Origin: an uncultured Brevinematales bacterium
Lineage (GTDB): Bacteria > Spirochaetota > Brevinematia > Brevinematales > CAZQBT01
Reading direction: 5' to 3'
Assembly (NCBI GenBank): GCA_964591955.1
Contig: CAZQBT010000001.1
Coordinates: forward strand, 371-64,370
Length of the DNA stretch: 64,000 nucleotides
This document shows, piece after piece, positions 58,466-64,000 of the stretch (its first letter is position 1; every line of letters starts with the position of its first letter). The notes beneath the pieces are model-generated. The model saw nothing but the letters and a program-made list of their open reading frames with translations. It ran no database searches and was not told where the DNA came from. Position numbers and translations under genes: made by a program.

Positions 58466-60103
58466 TTATTCAGAAGGTTTAATCTTAATAGGCTGAGGAG
58501 CTTGAGGCTGTTGAGCGCCGGTCTGTGTGCCGGTGCGTCTCTGCCTTTCGGATTCTGCCTTTTTCTTTTCGGCTTCGTGTTCCTTCTGAATTTTCTTTAA
58601 ATCATCGCTAAGAACGCTAAGCAAAACATCAAAATTCTCATCGATAACCTGAACATTATATTTATCGCGCGCTTCGTTTTTCCATTCGTCGTATTGAGCG
58701 CTTACAAAATTCATAATAACCTCGTTCTTAACCCTGTCATAAGCCTCATTATAAGAAAGCTGACGTTGCTGAACTCTTCCTTCGTTATCCATAACAAACT
58801 GTCCGTTACGGTCTTTTATCGGCTCTTTGAAACGGTCTTTCATTACATCGTAATATTCGCGAATAGTTTTTTCATCAACTTCCGCCATAGCGTTTTCGCG
58901 GTAACGTTTTTCAACAAACTGAGAAACAATGTCCTGCATAATGAATTTTCTCTGTTTTTCGATTTCATCTTTAAAATCGCGTGCGCGTTCCGAACCCTCT
59001 GCCTGCCCTTTGGATACAAAGAACATAAACCCTTTAAAATTATCCATCTGCTGCATAAAAGCGTCAAAATTCAGATGGTCAACAAAATCGGGAATAAAAA
59101 GATTAATCACGTTTTTAGCATCGCCCCAAGTATAAGCATTGTCATAAACCTTCACAAGAACAATATCATCGGTCAGTTCGTCAACGGCATAAGACTCATC
59201 GCCGATAACGATAAGTTTATTTTCCATATCAAGCGAGTATTTTTCATCAAGATGTTCATCTTTTTTCTGGTCTAAGAAAATATTTTGGAAAGACCATTGT
59301 AAACCCATAAATTCCTGTTCGCCGACAAGACGCTCAATATCTTTCTGGGTTCTTTTACGCGGAGCTTCCGTAACGTAAATAATATGATACCCGAACTGAG
59401 TTTTAACAGGCTCTTCAATCAAACCCGCCGACTTAGCGCTGAAAACGACATCCTCAAATTCCTTAACCATACGCTTTCGGGTAAAATATCCGAGGTCTCC
59501 GCCGACTTCCTTATTAGCGGCATCATCCGAATACTCCTTAGCGGCGTTGGCAAAATCCTTTTCAAGGCTACGGGATTGCTTTAATGATTCAATTATATTT
59601 CTCGCTTTTATTTCGCTTTGCTCATTAACTCTTTTGAGTTCTTCTCCTTCAAGTTTAATCCTTCTTCCATTAAGATTGGTGTAACCGTCAACGCGAATCA
59701 AAATATGAGAAGCGCGGGCAATTTCATAACGTGCGCGATTCATTTCGTTTGTCAAAGCGGCTAAACCCCTGACGCGAAGTTCCTGATAATAAACGCGCTT
59801 GAAGTTGTCTCCAAATTCCTTTTGGAATTCATCATCGTTGGTTATACCCGCTTTAATCTCCTCCATCGACATCAGGTCGGGATACACGTAATTTTCAAGC
59901 ACATATTCTATATGCATAGTAGCATCCTGTGTCAAGTAGGGTTCTCTTTCCAAGAAAGGATTAGCAGCTTCCCTTACTTTACCAAGCTCAACGGAATACT
60001 CTTTCCCATCAAAATTGTAAGTAGCGAGCTTCTTACCATCGGGGGAACAAGAAACAACGGTAACAATCGACATTACCGCCAAAAATAACATAAATTTCTT
60101 CAT
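58466..60103 (-). CDS. PpiC/parvulin-type peptidyl-prolyl isomerase lipoprotein (SurA/PrsA-like)
   Basis: The ATG at 60103 follows AAGGAG. Lipobox VVSC is present. The parvulin core runs ASHILI...FGYHIIYV. Confidence 0.8.
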   Translation of the reverse strand: MKKFMLFLAVMSIVTVVSCSPDGKKLATYNFDGKEYSVELGKVREAANPFLEREPYLTQDATMHIEYVLENYVYPDLMSMEEIKAGITNDDEFQKEFGDNFKRVYYQELRVRGLAALTNEMNRARYEIARASHILIRVDGYTNLNGRRIKLEGEELKRVNEQSEIKARNIIESLKQSRSLEKDFANAAKEYSDDAANKEVGGDLGYFTRKRMVKEFEDVVFSAKSAGLIEEPVKTQFGYHIIYVTEAPRKRTQKDIERLVGEQEFMGLQWSFQNIFLDQKKDEHLDEKYSLDMENKLIVIGDESYAVDELTDDIVLVKVYDNAYTWGDAKNVINLFIPDFVDHLNFDAFMQQMDNFKGFMFFVSKGQAEGSERARDFKDEIEKQRKFIMQDIVSQFVEKRYRENAMAEVDEKTIREYYDVMKDRFKEPIKDRNGQFVMDNEGRVQQRQLSYNEAYDRVKNEVIMNFVSAQYDEWKNEARDKYNVQVIDENFDVLLSVLSDDLKKIQKEHEAEKKKAESERQRRTGTQTGAQQPQAPQPIKIKPSE

Positions 60104-60205
60104 AACAAATTCTCCTTGCTTAGTATTAATATACTTTAAGGATTTAATTCTAAAACATATAGTAGAATATTTCAAGTATTTTCGCTCCAAAATAAAAAAA
60201 AAGCA

Positions 60206-60233
60206 TTGCAAAAAAAAGAAATACAGTTATAAT
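60206..60233 (+). promoter_or_regulatory. Sigma70-type promoter of the moxR operon
   Basis: TTGCAA (60206-60211), a 16-nt spacer, then TATAAT (60228-60233). Confidence 0.45.
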
Positions 60234-60265
60234 ATACAAAATCAATGAATTGAACGGAGGCAGAT

Positions 60266-61264
60266 ATGGAATTTGGAGAAGTGCAGGTTTATTCCGAAAA
60301 GCTGATTGCCAATATAGAAAAGGTAATAGTAGGAAAACGCAAGGTAATCGAAAAGGCGCTCACGGCTCTATATTGCAGGGGACATATCCTTCTTGAGGAC
60401 GTTCCGGGGTTGGGTAAAACAATGCTCGCGCGTTCGGTGGCGCGTTCAATAGAAGCGACATTCCGCAGGATACAGGGAACCCCCGACCTTCTCCCCGCAG
60501 ATATTCTCGGCGTATCTATTTTTAACCCTTCCACTAAAAAATTTGAGTTCCGCAAGGGACCTATATTTTCCCAGATAGTGCTTGTAGATGAAATAAACCG
60601 CGCAACTCCGAAAACCCAGTCCGCTTTGCTTGAAGCTATGGGGGAGGCGCAAATATCGGTGGAGGGTTTAACCGTAATGTTGCCCGAACCTTTCTTTGTT
60701 ATTGCCACTCAAAACCCCATAGAATTTGAGGGAACTTTCCCTCTCCCCGAAGCGCAGATGGACCGTTTTTTTGTAAGCCTGTCAATCGGGTATCCCGACG
60801 GCAAACAGGAGGAGGAGATTATCCTGCGTCAAAATGAGAAGCATCCGATTTATGACCTTGAGGCTGTGGTAAACCCGGAAGTGATTAAGCAAATTCAAAA
60901 CCTTGTTCATACCGTCCATATCGACACCTCGCTAAGAGAATATATAATTAAGATAATAGAAGCAACCCGAAACGATGCGAATTTGATGCTTGGGGCTTCA
61001 CCCAGAGGAAGCATATCGCTGTATAAAGCGGCACAGGCTTTCGCCGCGCTTAACGGACGTGATTACGTTATCCCTGAGGACATAAAAAATCTTGCCGTTG
61101 AGGTTTTGAAACACAGGATTATCCTTAAATCCGAGTCCAAACTCAAAAACCTTAAACCCGAGTCGGTTATTGAACGAATTTTGTCAACCATACCGGTTCC
61201 TATGGAGGAAAAAACAAAAGAATCGGTAAGCGCGAAGGAATCTATTGAGATGAGGAATCAATAA
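60266..61264 (+). CDS. MoxR-family AAA+ ATPase
   Basis: Contains Walker A (GLGKT), Walker B (LVDEINRA) and a MoxR-type layout. Confidence 0.9.
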   Translation: MEFGEVQVYSEKLIANIEKVIVGKRKVIEKALTALYCRGHILLEDVPGLGKTMLARSVARSIEATFRRIQGTPDLLPADILGVSIFNPSTKKFEFRKGPIFSQIVLVDEINRATPKTQSALLEAMGEAQISVEGLTVMLPEPFFVIATQNPIEFEGTFPLPEAQMDRFFVSLSIGYPDGKQEEEIILRQNEKHPIYDLEAVVNPEVIKQIQNLVHTVHIDTSLREYIIKIIEATRNDANLMLGASPRGSISLYKAAQAFAALNGRDYVIPEDIKNLAVEVLKHRIILKSESKLKNLKPESVIERILSTIPVPMEEKTKESVSAKESIEMRNQ

Positions 61265-61267
61265 CTT

Positions 61268-62449
61268 ATGAAAAAATCGAGGATATTTTTTCTCGCAATC
61301 CTGCTTTTGGCAAACTTCCTTCTTTTGGATTTTCCCGGGGCAAAAATTGTCCTATACGGAGCGATTATCCTGCTTTTAATCGTGTTTATTTACACCCGTG
61401 CGATGAAAAAACGGCTGTCATTAAGACGGTTTATGGATACCGACAAGGTGTTTGCAGGACTTACGGAAACCACGTCCTTAATCGTATCCAACGATTTACA
61501 TCTGCCGATTAACGCTATCCAAATTACCGATTATGCCGATTTGAATATATCAATAGAACAGGCTCATCGTTTCCTGTTCTCCATTGATAAAAGCGGCAAT
61601 GAGTTAATCAGCTATAACCTTTTCGGGCGAAAACGCGGTAAACACAAGGTAGGACCTACCACTGTCGCTTTTACGGATATACTCGGAATTAACTCTTTCA
61701 AAATCGAGATTAATACGGCTAAGGATATAACGGTATTTCCCAATATATATCAAATAAACAATATGCATTACAAAAGTATGCAGCCGTATGGGGCGATAAA
61801 AAACAAAGTCCCGATTTTTGAAGACCCTACCATTATGATAGGCTTGAAAGAATACCAGTTCGGTGATGAAATAAAGAAAATCAACTGGAAGGTTTCCGCA
61901 AAATACGACAAGCTGTTCGTGAATACTTATCAGCCGTCCATATCTTCGTCAAGTGTAATTATACTTGACCTGCTTGAGGACAACTACAATTTCAGAAACC
62001 GCGATTTCTATATGGAACAGGCGATAGAGGTTACCGCATCTTTGGTAAAAAAGCTTTTCCTGATGAGGCAGGAGGTGGGTATCGCCGTAAACTGCCGTCT
62101 TGATAATAACGATGCAAAACTCAAAACCAATATAAACAAGGGCGAGGCACATTTCACCTCACTGCTCGGCGAATTAGCGGTCATTGAAAGCTCAAAACGC
62201 CTTCTGCTAAAGGAATTAATAGACCCCGTGGTTTTAAACCTGTCATGGGGAATAAGTATTTATGTAATCACAACAAGGCTTGATGAGATGACTCTATATA
62301 AACTTATCTCTTTTCAGCAATCGGGACACAGTATAACTATTATAAACATAGGACCCGAATTGAACAAGGAGTTGAGCCTGTGGAACATAGGTTTTCAGGC
62401 TTTTTATGCTGAAATCGAGGGGAATATTATAAATCTTCTGAGGATTTGA
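61268..62449 (+). CDS. DUF58-family protein (MoxR partner)
   Basis: Two N-terminal TM helices, then the DUF58 core (EYQFGDEIKKINWKVSAK). It lies directly downstream of moxR. Confidence 0.8.
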   Translation: MKKSRIFFLAILLLANFLLLDFPGAKIVLYGAIILLLIVFIYTRAMKKRLSLRRFMDTDKVFAGLTETTSLIVSNDLHLPINAIQITDYADLNISIEQAHRFLFSIDKSGNELISYNLFGRKRGKHKVGPTTVAFTDILGINSFKIEINTAKDITVFPNIYQINNMHYKSMQPYGAIKNKVPIFEDPTIMIGLKEYQFGDEIKKINWKVSAKYDKLFVNTYQPSISSSSVIILDLLEDNYNFRNRDFYMEQAIEVTASLVKKLFLMRQEVGIAVNCRLDNNDAKLKTNINKGEAHFTSLLGELAVIESSKRLLLKELIDPVVLNLSWGISIYVITTRLDEMTLYKLISFQQSGHSITIINIGPELNKELSLWNIGFQAFYAEIEGNIINLLRI

Positions 62450-62453
62450 TATT

Positions 62454-64000
62454 ATGGATAAATCGACAAAAAAATTCTATTTTATATTTGCGTGGCTTTT
62501 TATATCCTGTGCAACGGGAACGCTTTATTATTCGGTTTCCTCGTTAATATTCGACCATAGCGCCGATTCCGTCGCTTGGATTAATTATGCAATTTTTGCT
62601 ATGGGGTTTTTCCCCGCGTTCTTTTTTGTCATCAAAAATCCTCCGCATATCCTCAAGGTTTTATACAGCCTTATCGGCGCGGTTTTAACATACGGCATAA
62701 TTCGCTTCGGTATCTCATATATCCCCCGTTTTGCCCAAATCAGGTATCTTGACGATTTTATACTCGGAATAGTTTTTTCAGCCATATTTGCTATGGAACT
62801 GATGTTTATGACATACCTGCACGGCAAATCTAAAACATACAACTTCCTCTTTAAAAACGAAAAGTCTTTCAACAATAAAGACGATTACGCCTCGTGGCTA
62901 AGGGAGGAGACGGTCGGAACAAGAAAAGCCAAGATAATCCCGGGCTACCTTAATCAGGTAACCATTATAGCAATGTTATTGCTTATATTTACGTTTGTTT
63001 CATTGTCAAAAGCGCCGCAAGGAAAGGTGCTGCATACGATTTTCTTCACGGGGTTTGCATTAAGCGCGCTCGGTATTTATATGCTTCTCTACCAATCGCA
63101 ATCAATTCTTAAGTGGAAAATAGAATCCTACACAATCCCGAAAAAAATATTCAAGAACTGGAATACCTTAATCGGGCTTTTATTAATTCCGGTAATTGCA
63201 ATCCCGTTGTTGCTCCCGTGGAATTTCCGTGTTTTTAACGTTCAGGCTGTCGGCGATTATTTGGATAACTCGCTTTCGGGCGTTACTATAAACCTCCAAG
63301 ACCATCGTAAAAGCGATTCTGAAATGTATCCCCGCGAAATAGGCGATGAAACAACCGTCGAAACGGAAGATTTAAGACCCGTATACACCGAGCAACCGGT
63401 TGAGGGTGATGAGAATCTCGGGCTTAAGATATTTTTATACAGCATAGCGGGAATAATAGTCCTTTATATTATATTTGCTATAATCGGGGGTATCCTTGAA
63501 CATAAATACAAATACACTATGCGGACAAGGTTTGTCCAATTTTTTATCAACCGTTACAAAAGCCTTCGCGGAGTAATAGACGCAATCCTGACATTCGTAA
63601 CCCTCATAGGCAAATTTTTCTTAGCGCTTTTAGGACTTCACAGGTTCAAACGCGAGGAGGACGGGAAAACGGCAAGCCCCGTCGCGCAAAGTCTGTTTTC
63701 GCTTTTCAAATTTGATGAGAAAGTTACCGATGAAAAGAAAGAGGAAATCCGAACTATCATAAAGGAATTCGTCAGCCTTATAGATGTAACCAGCAGATAC
63801 GTTACACCTTACCGCTTTTTCTACGGTCCTGAGGAATACGTGGAAATATTAATCAAAAGCCTTCCCGATATGGAACATTACCTTCGCGGTATAGTAAGAA
63901 CCTTTAATGAAAGCCGTTATAGCCTCCATATATTAACATCCAAACAAATTGACACATTCCGGGACTCCGTTTCGTATGTAATAGGCAAGCTAAGCGAGGT
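62454..64000 (+). CDS. Polytopic membrane protein with a DUF4129-like C-terminal region (5' partial; continues past the window)
   Basis: I translated from the ATG at 62454 to the window end with no stop. Several TM helices are present, and the late segment ...IVRTFNESRYSLHILTSKQ resembles the DUF4129 'RY' motif. It is absent from the ORF track because no stop lies in the window. Confidence 0.6.
   Translation, partial: MDKSTKKFYFIFAWLFISCATGTLYYSVSSLIFDHSADSVAWINYAIFAMGFFPAFFFVIKNPPHILKVLYSLIGAVLTYGIIRFGISYIPRFAQIRYLDDFILGIVFSAIFAMELMFMTYLHGKSKTYNFLFKNEKSFNNKDDYASWLREETVGTRKAKIIPGYLNQVTIIAMLLLIFTFVSLSKAPQGKVLHTIFFTGFALSALGIYMLLYQSQSILKWKIESYTIPKKIFKNWNTLIGLLLIPVIAIPLLLPWNFRVFNVQAVGDYLDNSLSGVTINLQDHRKSDSEMYPREIGDETTVETEDLRPVYTEQPVEGDENLGLKIFLYSIAGIIVLYIIFAIIGGILEHKYKYTMRTRFVQFFINRYKSLRGVIDAILTFVTLIGKFFLALLGLHRFKREEDGKTASPVAQSLFSLFKFDEKVTDEKKEEIRTIIKEFVSLIDVTSRYVTPYRFFYGPEEYVEILIKSLPDMEHYLRGIVRTFNESRYSLHILTSKQIDTFRDSVSYVIGKLSE

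Overview
The window is a gene-dense chromosomal segment from a moderately AT-rich, apparently anaerobic, flagellated diderm bacterium. The F-rich lipoboxes (LFSC, FFGC, FFAC, VVSC, LFAC) look spirochete-like, but this taxonomic guess is inference only. I found no rRNA, tRNA, CRISPR array, transposase or prophage.

Recognisable content:
- Two paralogous Pmp-repeat beta-helix lipoproteins, in inverted orientation about 20 kb apart.
- tldD and pmbA, followed by a PAS-GGDEF cyclase.
- An efp-accB-accC-asp23-amaP-like operon, then dnaE.
- A radical SAM gene, a LysE/HAD/dgkA chain, a GH15 hydrolase, a cyclophilin, carD and ndk.
- A same-strand chain fliP-fliQ-fliR-flhB-flhA-flhF-flhG. It continues into an amidohydrolase, two cNMP-binding proteins and a P-II-like protein.
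- An rseC-like gene and trpE-trpGD-trpC.
- An RsbW/RsbV-like pair, and an oxidative-stress cluster of ferredoxin, superoxide reductase and rubrerythrin.
- An SSS symporter, an orphan trpB, and a 1352-aa barrel-Ig-OmpA protein.
- RNase R, a parvulin lipoprotein, and a MoxR-DUF58-membrane protein trio that runs off the window end.

Most notable observations, all read directly from the sequence:
1. A G10 homopolymer fills the spacer of a near-consensus promoter upstream of one Pmp-like lipoprotein gene, a candidate phase-variation switch.
2. The accB-position BCCP aligns without gaps to E. coli BCCP but has Gly where the biotinylated Lys should be.
3. An unannotated 19-codon leader peptide with three consecutive Trp codons, plus a terminator, lies upstream of trpE.
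4. A minimal flagellin-fold protein carries a Sec-type signal peptide.
5. The flagellar export operon has a long structured leader and no fliO.

All functional calls rest on motif recognition by eye. No database search or RNA folding was run.
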